Source: Bugula neritina
Lineage: Eukaryota > Animalia > Bryozoa
Length of the DNA stretch: 64,000 nt
Assembly: GCA_964035545.1 (NCBI GenBank)
Contig: OZ037767.1
Coordinates: 22,522,628 to 22,586,627 of the forward strand
Direction of reading: 5' to 3'
Shown piece after piece: positions 12,491 to 27,300 of the stretch; the stretch's first letter is position 1; every line of letters starts with the position of its first letter. The notes under the pieces were generated by a model. The model was not told the DNA's origin, did not search any database, and saw nothing but the letters and a program-made list of their open reading frames with translations. Both the position numbers and the translations under genes were made by a program.

Positions 12491-13975
12491 TGAAAATTAA
12501 AGTTTTATGTTATATTACCACTGGATCATAATAGTCACATAACTGTTGCTGTATTACATACCCAAGATAATAAAGTATATCTTTATAACACCCTGTCTTA
12601 CAATGTTGAGGGATTTATCATATTATGAGATCAAAATATTAAACTTGTAATAATGTAACTGTCCCATAATGCCCAACATAATGTCATACTGCTTAAATTT
12701 TAGACAATAACTTTAGTTGATATTTTTAATGACTTACTTTGTTTCTTGAGCATCTAGCATCCTTACGGCTTCTTGGGGGGGGGGGGGAAGCGCTGCTTAT
12801 ATAAAATTAGAACAATCCTATTAATTATGAAATATAACACAGTTGATCCCCTAGCAGAAGGAAAGACAGCATAAATTGTCAGTATTAGCAATGAATCCAA
12901 ATATGAGCAGTAGCGAAAACATGGAATCTACCCTTTTTTCACAAAAACAAAACCGGCTATAGATGTATAATAAAACAACAAGCGTCAGTAGCAAAATAAC
13001 TGAAACAATAAAACTTTATAAGCAATGCTACCTTTTTTTCAAGGTGCAACATAATTTCCCAGAGATAACTCAGAACTATTCTGTTTGTTTAGAGCTTATA
13101 GATGAAAAGATTAGTTGATGCAGATTGATGTTTTACGGATGTTTACAATTATATTTCGCTATTACTTAAAAGTTATTTCATATTTATGCCAGAAGAACTT
13201 TTGCAATCTGCAGAGATTTTCAGTTGCTTCTATAAGACAACAATATTTAGTAGAGTAGCTCCAAATTTACAGATTACAGTGTGTAGTGAGTAAAAAGTAT
13301 AAACACTTTTATACTTTTGAAATAAGTTTCTAAAAATATCAATACCAATAATTAAACAGGTATATACTGCAAAATTCCAAGTATTTATAGAAACTTAAAA
13401 CTTGAAAACATTTGAGGTAAAACACATAAATTACTGAGATGTTTTTGCAGTAAGCCCTATTTACATCATCATTCTTACAAGAATTGGCAGTAGACATTAT
13501 TATAAATTACATAATATTAAAAAGCTGTTGCATATATTGTCTCTATAAGATTTTTTGATGAAAGGTATCAACTGCATGTGACAAAACCAAAATCTAAAGC
13601 AGAGCTTGAGGAGTAAAGTTAGGTCTTACTCACGGTGCAAATAATTAGACGAAATGTAGGTCATGGTTCTTCTATGATGGAATACAGAGTTTTTTCAGCT
13701 AGTAACTATATTTCAAAAAAAATTATTCTGGCTATAAATAGGAATACTTGTAACTGTTATTTATTTAACAGCTTACGATAAAGTTTTATTTATAAATATT
13801 AATAATTATAATCCCAAGGAATATCCTAATTTCTTATTGCTTAGTATATAGCAGATTTCATCAGTAGGTGGCTAGATTAGGTGAAGTTAAGACTTGCCAA
13901 ATACGTAACTCGGTTAATAGGTGGTTGAAGTTACAAGGGTTTAGACCAGTCAAGTGATTTTATTATAATATCACA

Positions 13976-16089
13976 ATGAACAGCACAGCAGTGATATTAT
14001 TTCTGGTTGCAATATGCAGCTTTTCAAGGGCAGAAAATGTAAGTCAGTTACTAAACCAATGAAATTAATATTAAGCTGTTATTTTCAGTGAGATTTATCA
14101 ACTATATTTTACACTCATAAAGATAACTATTTCATACTTTTATACTTGTACTATTGAAATTTCTTTTCTATTAGGATGACTGTTTAATTTGTGCTAATAA
14201 AGAAGATTAGGTAAACATTTGTAATCTTCAATCTCAAATCACAGTTCTATTTTTACTTCCAGGACCCGGTTGTAGCAACTTTGAGTTTAGATGTGGACAA
14301 ATTTCTGCCTCAATTTTTCCCAAAGGTGAACCAGCCACTCTGAGTGATACAGACTCAAAAGTAGAGAAATTTATAGATTTAGAAACTTTTTAGGAGTTAC
14401 CTAATTTTTATGCGTTGGTTTAAAATTTGCTCTACATATGCACACAACTGCGTTGTTTCAGCTATACATTTGCCAAACATAAAAGCGCAATAGAATCACT
14501 TCATAGCTAAATGTCATTTACATTTGTAAGGAACATGTGTGTTAAACAGGTTAAACTAAATACGTTTTTATCACAAGATAAAAAATCAAGTTTATGATTT
14601 TAAAATCTGTCATTAATCTGTCGATTAATGTTGTATTATTTAATTGCTACTCACTAAAACTTTGTTCAAGTAAAATCTTTACTTGAAGTGAATCTAAAGT
14701 TATTTTAGAATCTTCTGAAAAATAGCATTACTTAGTTTATCTTTAGAGTAATAGATTGCAAGTCTATTAATTAAGTAACAACATATAATTTCTAGCTTTT
14801 TTTCAGCTAAGTTTCTATTAGATAGTAGCTAGGTCTAATGCGCTTGTGCCTATCTTGCTATATGACTACCTGTTTGTGTAACCCAGCTTACTAGAATTTT
14901 AGCAAAGGCGCAGGCACTTTTGGTTCCTGGAAATTTTGCTCCACTTGAGTATTGGGTAAAACCTATAAAATGAATTTACTTTAATGTTTCGATCTAGGGT
15001 TTTCCTAGTTGTGAAACCTTAGAGGTTAAAATCAGAGCCAGTGACTTTAAATTAAAAAACACGTCTCCTGAGAAACAGGTATCTGCCCAGTTCCATCCTA
15101 CCACCACCAGACCATCACCATCACCATGGGTACCACACCATTTCTCTACCACCACCAGACCTTCACCATTACCATGGGCACCACACCATTTCTCTACCAC
15201 CACCAGACCTTCACCATCACCATGGGTACCACACCATTTCTCCACCACTACCAGACCTTCACCATCACCATGGGTACCACACCATTTCTCTACCACCACC
15301 AGACCTTCACCATCACCATGGGTACCACACCATTTCTCTACCACCACCAAAACTTCATCATCACCATGGGTACCACACCATTTCTCTACCACTTCCAGAC
15401 GTACATCAAGAACTAGAATAAGACCCACCAATGCACCAGCTGTTTCAATGGAGAGAAATAGTCATAGTGAGTAACAGTTGATAGCAAAAATGCAACACTT
15501 TGTGTACATAGTGGTTGCTTTGAACCATTATATTTTGTGAATTGGTGTAGTTTGTGTAAATGGCTTTGAACAACTAATTTTCAATTGCATAAAAACGTGT
15601 TCTCAATTCTGTACAGAACTCTTGTCTTTTAATTATATAAATTATAGAGTCCTAGGCTCATGCTTTTAGCCTCAAAAAGGGCCTGCATTGTTAAATGGTG
15701 GTTTCTGAGATTATATAAACTGCAATAGTAAACTATTTACAATTACATTTCAATGGCACTTGATAAACTAGTTGTGTCGCCATCTTAGTTTATGACTTCA
15801 ACACATGAGACCTACAGACATCAGTTGTTTAGTATATTTTCTCTATTATATCAAGTGTATATATATATGATCTTTGTATCCTATGTAGCTGTACAGTTTC
15901 ACTGGTCTCTAATCATGCGTTATATGCAAGCAGTAAATTTGAGTGCCATTCAAAAACTTTTCTATTTATTCAGGTTCACCACCAGTACCTCAAGGAGCCT
16001 CAGGGTTCAGTGGCAATGTGAACAATCCTCGATTTGGTCCCAGTTTTCAAGTTTTGAAAGATTTAGCAAATAATGCTGCTTCAATATAA
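13976..16089 (+). CDS. Secreted repeat-protein family, copy E. Intact 4-exon gene (13976-14038, 14263-14325, 14998-15466, 15974-16089), ~236 aa, six TTTRPSPSPWVPHHFS repeats
   Basis: Signal peptide MNSTAVILFLVAICSFSRA. Exon 2 DPVVATLSLDVDKFLPQFFPK; exon 3 GFPSCETLEVKIRASDFKLK plus repeats; exon 4 ends LKDLANNAASI*, similar to KDLQNTADKY of the paralogues. All splice phases are consistent. Confidence 0.8.
15100..15390 (+). repeat. Coding 48-bp tandem repeat, 6 copies
   Basis: ATGGG anchors recur at 15126, 15174, 15222, 15270, 15318 and 15366. Confidence 0.95.
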
Positions 16090-16427
16090 TTTTTAGTGAT
16101 TCAAACATTTATAATGATACCTAAATTACTGCTATACTTGTTTATTACCTATGAATGCAACGTGTGTTTTTTTTAGTAATAAGGCAATATGCATAAAAAA
16201 GTGTTAAGATATTACAGTTCTATCTTTTCTAGCAAATATCAGACATTCATGGTTGATTAAATCTGCAACTATTGCACTATAAAAATTTATTGTAAGCTTT
16301 GTTGAATGTTATTTTTATTGTAATATCTATAAAAATGAAAGTGAACTTAGTTACACTTGATGGTACAATATCTAAAAATACAATGATTGCATGCATTGTA
16401 AGATAGATCATAATAATAAATAAAATG

Positions 16428-16498
16428 ATGTGTGTGTGTGTGCGTGCGTGTGTGCGTGCGTGTGTGCGTGCGTGCGTGCGTGCGTGCGTGCGTGTGTG
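16428..16498. repeat. (GT)n/(GCGT)n microsatellite
   Basis: Directly visible. Confidence 0.9.
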
Positions 16499-19400
16499 TT
16501 TTATTTTCATCATAATATAGTGTTTTACAACTAGCATAAGTTACAAGAGCAGACAAACAATTAGAAAGGAAACATAGTAACAAATAACTGTATATAAAAA
16601 TAAAGCTGTCGGAAGTGATGATGGGGCCCAGTGCAAAATAGCATGGCTAGTGGTACGCGGGCCCAAAGTTGGCATAACCATACAAGGCACCACAGATCAC
16701 TCAACATTTGTTTTGGGTTTTGTAGAATGACTCATGATTTTCAGTTTATAATGCTATATAGTTGCTTTTACTTTACAGTGGCAACCAAATTTTAGCTCTA
16801 TAAATTAACAATTTTTTAATTGTTTTTGTTATATACTATATGTATAAGTATTCTATTATAACTACAATATTATAGTAACATATAGCTAGGCCTATCATCA
16901 CGATGCTTGCTCATGGCTAAAGATATATGTAAAAAATAATCATTTGTGCCAGACAAATTCTGTGTCATTTGGAGTAGGAAAAACCAATCTAACTTGATTT
17001 GAATATATAACAAAACTATGTGGGCTTATTATTGCTATCCCAGTAAAAATGGTTTACTTAGAGGACTAAAGACCTTCGCTAATTTCTCAAAGGAGTGATT
17101 AGGGCTGATTGCTTTTTCTAACATAACCACTTGTCTTTGTTATGAAAGTTATAGAAATTAGAGGTTATTTGCATTGCAAATGTACAATAGCTGTAGAGTG
17201 TAGAATTATCATATTTGCATGTGTTTTAGAAATTTATAAGATGTCACTGTAGAGCTGTGTCAACATATTTTCGTCAAGTGATACAAGCATTGCAATTTGT
17301 TGCTATGTATGTCATACTATAATGTGCTAAGCTAAATATCCCAAAATGTGTTCATGAAAATGCTAATTATATGTTGATTTAATTGAATTAATTAATTTTA
17401 TTTTTTCAACTCTTTTAAATTTATTTTATAATAATTTGTGGGGTGTCAATTATTTATAATAAAATTATATAATTCCTCCTAGAAAATTACTCAACTACTT
17501 CTAGTTCACCCTTTTCTTATAGCAGGAGACCCTCAAATGGAAAACTGTGTGCAACAAAAGTTTAGTATTAATGGGTTCCACCCGCTAATTTTTGTATGTT
17601 GGCAATTCCACTAAGCATATGAGTAAACAGACTAAACTACAGCCACAAAGTTCAATCTCTTATGCATTGATAAGTTGCGCTTTCACTAATACACACCATA
17701 GCTTTCTTTGGTCACCTGGTTTATGTCTAAAGTAACAGATATTTACAGTTGCTGATAAAATTTATAGATTTTCTGTGCGGATTTTTATCTGTAGAATCAA
17801 TTATATATAATGTATAACATTTGCTTGAAAAAATTTACAGTCACTATAATGTATTTTCTAAATGCAAGAAGTAGTGCAATCAGTTGTTTTTGATTTATAG
17901 AGATATTAAAATTGTTACCAGAAACGTTTTTTGAAAATAGAGAGTGATAAGTTGTTATATAGTTGATTGAAAAAATGGATAAAATCAATTTAATTGGTGA
18001 GAACTATGTTATAGTTAAAAATCAAAGCACAGAATAATAAGTAATTTTAGATAAAGTTTTGTGACTGAAGGAGAATATAGAGCATTAACATTCATGCAGG
18101 TGACCATGAACTATGAGGATTTAGTTTATGAAAGACAAATACGTGTGAAAGTTGACCAGCAACCTAAAACTTATAATACCATTAATCTATAATTAATAAA
18201 ATAAGCTCATAATCATGCCTTGCTGTGGTATTATAGACATAAATCATATAATCCAACCCATCAACTTTTTTTCCCTTAATACTCATTATGCTGACGTAAT
18301 TAATGTGATTGTTTGAGCTGCTTTGCCTAAGGAAGTACAACCTGGCACAGATTGATGAAACAGTTTTATGCATAAATTAAAAGTATATTCAAACTGGATT
18401 TGCACTGGCATAATATTATTTACATTTAAAACTGTGAAATTTAGCAGAGAAGGAAGTATTATATTACCAGTAGAATAATATACTAAGTTATTTTTCTGTA
18501 GTGTATGCAGACAGAAAGCGAAACCGGAGATTAGAATGATTTTGCTTTACAAATAATATTATTTATGCTGTTAGCAAAGTTTATATGCAGTTTATACATA
18601 TATTCTATTATATTATACACAGTATCAATCAAGTATTATGCTACTGAATTCAGCCTGGAAAGAAAGATTTTCAGACATTCCTGTCTTTGCACTAAACTTA
18701 ACTCTCTGCCGTCTATACATGTAAGAGATATATTGTGTTGTATTTAAAACGCACTTATGATGGAACAAGGCCAATCTAGTGGTAGCTTCATATTAAAAAG
18801 GAAAGCTTTAACTTGCCAACATATATAGAAAAATATTGCACTATAACCAGATTATTGTAATTCTGGTTGATCGTTCAGCATATGGTTTTCCTTTTTCATC
18901 CTATTTCCTAAATTGTGTTTTGACAATTTTATTACAACTTGAGTGCGGCAATAAGCAGAGTATTGATTAAGGATAGTGTTTACACTTATATGTATGACAT
19001 GCAAAGTGGCTATAAAAATTTATCTCATACTTTATTATAAATGCTAGCAAAAAATCTTAAACTATTATCCTTCTTCATATGCTTACATAGTTTTCATGTG
19101 AATCTAGAATTTCTTATTCATTTTCATTATTCAAGCTAGTGAATTAAATTATCATGCTGAAATTTTGACCATTTGACATTGTTATTTTCATAAGAAGCTT
19201 TACCTATAGCAGATAAGTGTTGGAATCCTGAATTATCATAGGTGTTTGAAAATTAAGATATGCTTACTTAATGCTTTTATTATGTTTCTAAAAGCCTCTT
19301 CTAGCTTTTTTTATTATGTCACATAGCTACATCCTGAAAAAAAATATAAGCAAAAAATTTTCATTTAATTCAGTTCTTTCATCTATCCTAAAATGAAAGC

Positions 19401-20073
19401 ACAACGTAGATTCCGAAGCATCAAATCACCAGTGAATCATTAATAAATACGATTAGCTCATAGTAGTATGAATATTTCTCTAGCTTTGTGTTTCTAATCT
19501 CATACTTATCTTAACCTATGTCTGTTTTTGTCAACCAACGCCCAACATATGTAGCACTGATCACCATCACGGTAGAGGTAGCTACAAACTTTTGTGTAAT
19601 CAATTATATTTTCAAACTTACTATGTTGGTCTAAATTACTCTTTTTTGGATGCATTTTACATATCGCAAGCAAAAGATGCTATAATACTTGTTTAACTTT
19701 TAGAATGTGTGAAATTATACATTGTAAGTGTTTTTGCAATGCTTTTGTGTTATTGGCTCTTAAAACTGCGACTTTTGACTCCATAATGTGTGTTTGACAG
19801 TGTGAATAGACCATACATTTTTTCACTATTTTACACTTATTCTATAATAGCTTTTTTTAAATATTGTAAATGTTTTTTGTTTTTCTTGCAGGTTTTGTTT
19901 CTAATTATTGAATTGTAGCTTGCCTATGTATTTAGACATATTTAAAACATAAAAGACATGTAGTATGTAGTATATAACTACTTCCTATTCTCTATTATAT
20001 CAAATGACATAGCAACCAGTATGTTAGTTAAGAAAAATATAGATTGGGTCATATACCAGTGTATACACAAAGT

Positions 20074-20265
20074 TCTGGATATCCCACTGTATCCACCACT
20101 GGATATACTACTGTATCCACCACTGGATATCCCACTGTATATACAACTGGATATCCCACTGTACCCACCACTGGATATACTACTGTATCCACCACTGGAT
20201 ATACTACTGTATCCACCACTGGATATACCACTGTATCCACCACTGGATATACTACTGTATCCATC
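20074..20265 (+). repeat. 24-bp tandem repeat, ~8 copies, open as GY(T/P)TVSTT; possibly a coding exon
   Basis: ctggatatactactgtatccacca units; open frame 20044-20298. Confidence 0.8.
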
Positions 20266-21328
20266 ACTCTACCTGTACCACTGGCTCTTGCACTATAACT
20301 TTATTCATTACTAAATCTACCCAAAGCCAAGTATATATGTAAATAAATTTGGAAAAATTAAGACGTGCAATAGTAGTAAATGAATAATTTCTACTTACAG
20401 AACTTCACTTCAACACAATAATGTGAATTTTCTCAACATCTACACAGTTTTTAGACACTTTAGAGTGTTAGAGCTGCATAATATATAACAATTCTCAACA
20501 ACTTTGTTTACTAAGGCACAATTTTTGAGCTTGTGTATGCTGTTGTATACATGGGAACATGATATTTTTGCAGTTAGCGTTTGTATTTGCTAACTTTTAT
20601 TGTGGTTGGACAACCAGGAGAACATACAAATGCACAATGTGAAGGTGGCTTTTCTAGTTAGACAAATTTGTAAGCAGCAGTGAGAGCATGATCCATAATT
20701 ATCTATTACTAACGCACTGACTTCGCTAAAATTGCAATAACAAGAAAAGAAATAGAAACAATTTACTAAGTCAAGGCGATGATACTGTTGAGTGGAATTA
20801 TTCAAATCAAACCATCAAAATTCAACACACATCTCTATATTTTAAAAACATTAAATAAAATAGCACAGTAATAAAATAAAATTTCAAACCACATCACTAT
20901 TATTTAAAAAAAACTATAAACATTAGGTACCTATCAATGACAAATTGGACAACCTTTGAAATGCATAGAAGAAATAGAAATGTGAGGCAGAGATCAACAG
21001 TTGGATATATAAATTACAGCTACACGTCTACAGTAAGAACGCTGTTATGCAAGGACACCACATTAGGTTGTCACAAAAATAATTCAATATGCATCATAAA
21101 GTTTCTGGCACTAAAACACTCAAATCTAGCTATCAGCAATGAAAGAGCTTCTAGTCACTCATTAGATAAATGCCAACTAATTTACAGAATTACCATAAAA
21201 CTAATCAACAAAATTTAAAAGATAGTAAAATGGTGCTTACAAGTAAGTGAATATTACAAAAAAAATTGCAATTACCAATTGTAAAAGCTTTCTACTCTAA
21301 ACTGGTAAAAGTTAGGTGATGAGAACGA

Positions 21329-24300
21329 CTACTTTTTAGGTACAATCTCCCAATAGTCAACATCTTTCATGGAGTTGTCATCTGCTATTGACTTGTCTTC
21401 AGTTTCATTGTCCTAAAATAATTACTAGATTGTATTACAACTACTACTTAGAACTAGCATAATACTACTTAGAACTAGTAATACTACATCTACTGGGTCA
21501 TAATAATCTTACATCTACTGAGTCATAATACTACATCTACTGGGTCATAATCCTACATCTACTGAGTCATAATACTACATCTACTGAGTCATAATACTAC
21601 ATCTAATGAGTCATAATACTACATCTACTGATTCATAATACTACATCTAATGAGTCATAATACTACATCTACTGAGTCATAATACTACATCTACTGAGTC
21701 ATAATACTACATCTACTGGGTCATAATACTACATCTACTGAATCATAATACTACATCTACTGATTCATAATACTACATCTACTGATTCATAATACTACAT
21801 CTAATGAGTCATAATCCTACATCTACTGAGTCATAATACTACATCTAATGAGTCATAATACTACATCTACTGAGTCATAATACTACATCTACTGAGTCAC
21901 AATACTACATCTAATGAGTCATAATCCTACATCTACTGAGTCACAATACTACATCTACTGAATCACAATACTACATCTAATGAGTCATAATACTACATCT
22001 ACTGAGTCATAATACTACATTTACTGAGAACGGAAGTTAGCAAAACTAAACCATTAAACATGCATCATGTTACTATGTATTTGTAGAATAGAGTTTAGTA
22101 ATTCTGCGCCACATCATCATTAATTCAAAATGCTTAGTTCACTAACATTTTTAGATAGTTCATCAATATCGTCGTCATCATTGATCTTATCGGTGAGATC
22201 TTCTGTGGAGACAGAGTCAGCAGTTGTTATTGACTCATCATATGACTTCTTACTAGACTTATCAAAACTGCTCCGTCTACAACAATATTTATATAAACAC
22301 TCTCTATTCATATATCTTCAATTCACTCTTCAGGTAACTGAACAATCTCCACCATTTGTCAGTGCAGTATTTGTAAATATCCAAACAAAAAGCATGCATG
22401 GGAGACAACGGATTAAACTACTTACTCGAAATCATCATCATAGTCACTCTTTGTCTTGATACTCTCATCGTCATCAGGCACTTCTAGAGATAGCAACAAA
22501 CATCGGGTATATGTCAACAGTTAGCATGTATATTCAACAATTAACCTAAATTTAAACACTAAATAAATGAAAGGCTAATTAGCACTTTATTTAAGGGGTA
22601 GCTGTGACCCAGTGGTTAGATTGCTGACTTAGTAAGCACAAGGTCAGTGGTTTGAATTCCAGTAAAGGCCATCGGTGATGATACAAAGGGCAATAGAAAA
22701 CAAGTCCTTAAACTGGTTTCCTTCACCAGAGATTTTCTAAGGAATGACAACTATAACCCTCATGCCGTCAAGTCTCTTTTTTAGCCTTTTATTTATTACG
22801 AAGCGACAATAAACCTGTCCGCAATAGAAATGATAAGGGACCTTCTACGACTCTGTATATCACTCAGCTGCTTCATGGCCGCCACGTAACAACTACCGAC
22901 ATACACTACTATGCTATTAGTTACACCAAGTTAAGGTGGCAGATATACTCACCAAATCCCAGTTCTGTAAGACTTCTCTTGTCAATCCCCTTTCTTCTTG
23001 ATTCTGAGTTGTTGCCTTGAATGGAAAACATTATACAACAATACAGCAGATGCTATAATTTCTTTAATCAAATATACATTGTGAGTAGTGCAATATACAT
23101 ATAATAAATATACATTGTGAGTAGTGTGATATACATATAATAAATATACATTGTAAGTAGTGTGATATACATACAATAAATATACATAGTGAGTAGTGTG
23201 ATATACATACAATAAATATATACATTGTAAGTAGTGTGATATACATACAATAAATATATACACTGTGAATAGTGTGATACACATATAATAAATATACATT
23301 GTGAGTAGTGTGATATTAGCTAAGCACCATTAAACTAGATACAGTACCATGCCAAACCTAGCTGCACCCAGACATACACATGTGTATACATACTAACTAG
23401 TATGCAGAAAAGACATAATCATATATGTTACATAATATTTGCTACAGAATATCTGCTACAGAACACCTAGTAGAGCACAGGGCAGTCTAACCTGTAACAT
23501 TATATGAGTTAGGAGGAGAGGTTGATGGAGAGATTTTAGCGTCCAAGTCTGGTAGACCGGAGAGGAAGCTCCCTGAGTTCTTGTCAGCCTCAACGTCAGC
23601 GTTGCTGTTTGTCCCGCCTGGTTTACTAGAGAATACAAAGTCGTGGGCTGTGAGACATGCACAAGTAATGATAGGAGCCATCAAAGCATCCACGGAAATG
23701 GATGTCAAGAAAAGCAACACATAAACAGCAACAGGGTTGGGGTCAATTACATATGAATGTAATTAATTACAATTACATAAAAAAATTGTCAATTACAATT
23801 ATAATCACAGTTGAAAATAAATGTAATTAATTACAATTACAATTTTTTATACATCAATTACAAATTACATCGAATTACTCGAAAAAATGTAATTAATTAC
23901 AGCCATATAAAGTTTACAATTTCCCCAACCCCGAACAGCATGCAGTTTGACAGAATGACACTGAAGCACCTGATAACACAGTATACCACCTGCATCAGTG
24001 TGTCAACACAACTTACTACCCAATGAGTCAGGACTATTAAAACCATGCATTCTACAACTAGTATTTGGTTCCCAGGCAAACAAACCTTTTTCTATACAAA
24101 TTGATATTAGTAATAGTCTGCAAGCTGCCTAAAGAGTCAATGCATTGTGCCGAATTGAGGCAGTCACACATTATACATGTGTACAACTGTTCTACTGGCT
24201 AATATTTGAAGTCAATAAAATGGGAAAAGACAACTCCATACGTATTTTAGCATCTAAACGACATTTAAAGTTCCGTGGCGATGCGCTTAATAACTACAAG

Positions 24301-27300
24301 AAACTTGCTTTAATAGGTTTTCCAACACCACAAAAATACATGCTCGTATACATTAGTAGGAACTTTTTAGGCTTCTATAACTGACATGAGCTATGAGCTT
24401 ATGTTAATATAAACCGTACACAGACACATAAGCAGTAGGTCTATATAATCATATAGACACAGTAACTGCAGGTCTATATTATAGAAAGCTGTAACCCAAG
24501 CAGCTGAAACTGAAAGAACATAAGGAAAGATAACTGAACCCAATATAAAGCTGGTGGGGGAGAGAAAGCAAAGCTTGTTAAACAAACATGAACTAATTGA
24601 AATCCATGCTGGCAGAACCTTGCCTGTTACTAATAGAAACTAAAGGTGAAAATATACCTGCTGCTACCACTAGGAAATATCCCAGGGCTAGAGGCTGGTT
24701 GAGGGATTTTTGAACCCTGGCAATTCCTGAACCAATAGTAATTACACAAAATAATTCAGTCTGAAAACATATCTACAGTTTAAACACTTTTATAAACTAG
24801 AAGAGTTTATAGAACCTATTTATAAATATATTACTATAGTGTAGAATACAGCATGCATCCAGTAGCTCAACATAAAAAAGATCATAAAACCATAAAAGAC
24901 TTGCCGCTCTTTCTCTACGCAATGGCATATTAATCACCCAGACAAGTTTACAGAACTTGTAAACTGCGCTGAGTATGGATCCAGTGTGACTCGGTGGTAA
25001 CAGAATGTTGCTTGGTTTCAACTATATTTGGCTCAGTATTATGGCCAGCTCAGACTACAGCTCCAAAAGAATTATTTTTTGAGCGACAAATTCATCGCTC
25101 TGACAAAACAGCTGTATGATTTGCAATGAGCGTATGTTGCGCTGTAGTCTGAATGTGCCATTACAGATTACATTTTGTAATAATCAGGTACTAGCAACAT
25201 TTAATAGCTTAAGGGACGCGGGTCAGCAGGTAGGTTTATGTGCAAGTCTTGTGCTACCATGTACTAACCGTGTACTAGCTGTCTACTACATGTGTACTAG
25301 TAATGTGCTAACCATATACGAGGGTTGCGTAAACAGTGTACTGACTGTGTACTAACCATGTACTAACAGTGTACTAACCGTGTACTAACCGTGTACTAAC
25401 CATGTGGACTAACTGTGTACTAACCATGTGTACTAGCTGTGTACTAATCATATAATAAATGTATACTAAACCAGCACTAACATTGTACTAAGTGTATACT
25501 AACCGTGGACTAGGTGAATTGTCTTTGCGAGAAGAACTTGAAGATTGTGAATCACTCTAAATATAAGATATACAAAATAGCATAACGTATTATATCATGA
25601 ATGCTGCATTACACAAGGCAATATGGATACAAAGTGATGAACATGGAGCATGCTATTATATTATGTAGTATAAAAGGCAGAGCAGCTTCTGAATAATAAC
25701 CTTAAAGTAAACAGTTGAATACAACAACATAAAATCCTGACTTGAATTACAATTGCTAAGAGAGCCAAATAACTTACAAAAATTACTAAAAACCTTATAA
25801 ATACTTTACTATAAAAATAATGAAAATTAAAAAATAAAATTAAGCGAAATCGATACATTTTTTCTGAAAAACACATTTCACTTTCCACTTCCATTATTTT
25901 CATAAAACAGTATTTTAAAATGCATTTAGTGAAAATGATAATAAAATAAAATAATTGGCAGATTTTGGCAGAAACTTTTAATCGAAGAAGGTTTCAACAG
26001 AACTAGTCAAGAGAAAGAAACCCTAAGAATAATACCAACAACACTCTTGGCTAGCGAAACGGCTTCCCGTTTTATAGTAATTAACAAACCTTTACTGGTA
26101 TTTTAGACGATCTGGGAGAAGGACTACGGGGAGTGCTGATTGGCGCAATTATGTCAGAGAGATCATGTGACACTACAGATCTGCATGTGATAAACAACCG
26201 CCTGTATAAGTCAAGGAACTCATCGAAATCTATACCTGCAACACAAGCAACAATATATACGTAGATATGTATGTGATGTTCAGACTACTCTGCATTCTAT
26301 GGTAATGTTTCTCAATACAAATCTTATTATACCAATGACAAATAAGTATACTGGATAACATATATGCATATTTCAGTATATAAAATCATATAATTATTAT
26401 ATATACAAAGACAGGCATCAGTAGTAAAATCCTCAGTAAAAAAGATGCACAAATGACAAGTCAAAGGTTTAAATTGGGATAAGACTATTAGTAATGTAGA
26501 AAAAATATCTTATCATTCAATCACGATTGCTCGTGTGCCACAGTAAAAGCCCCCGAGCCATGACCTAGGTTTATATGTTTAGAGTGACATGTATATTTGC
26601 ATATGATCGATCTAAACGCTAAGAGCGAAATTTTCATGGATGCCACCAGCAAGAGAGACAACAGTAATAAACAATAAATACAGCATCTATTGCTATAATA
26701 TATTTACTGCAAATGCAAATCTGTATCTATCGATTTTCAAGTCCATGAAAAATACACTAATTAATATTAATATATATATTAATACTAATACACACAAACA
26801 TAATATTATTATTATGAAAAGGAGTATCTAATAACTAAGAATGTTCTAGTAACTAGAGTAATGAGTAACTAGAGTAATGAGTAACTAGAGTAATGAGTAA
26901 CTAAGAGTAATGAGTAACTAGAGTAATGAGTAACAAGAGTAATGAGTAACTAAGAGTAGTAACTAACCAGCGGAGAAGTCCGTGTCTGCTGCTCGGAACT
27001 CGTCTGTCACGTATCTGTCTAGCATGTTTCTGTTGAAGTTAGGAAACATGTCTACAAACAGCTGCCTCAGCTCATCCTTTTCTATGGTCCCATTGCCATC
27101 CTACAGTATAAGACACACATTATAAGGACTGAGCACAGATGATGCTTATTGAGATATGTTTACAGTACATGGGAATTACTAGCATGAACATATATTGACG
27201 ATAAAGATATCTTCTGTAGCTGCTTCAAATTAATTATAGATATATAAACTATACCTACTATTACTAGTGTAAATGTATATTTACAATAAATGTATCTACT

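Noticed and set aside
14994-15431. ORF-track proteins VVVEKWCGTHGDG (-) and MGTTPFLYHHQ (+)
   Set aside because: Shadow frames of the 48-bp coding repeat; the spliced frame fixed by exons 1-2 is TTTRPSPSPWVPHHFS.
21475-22028. CRISPR-like array (also the arrays at 15.1, 46.7 and 61.8 kb)
   Set aside because: Contiguous tandem units without unique spacers, no cas genes, eukaryotic context.
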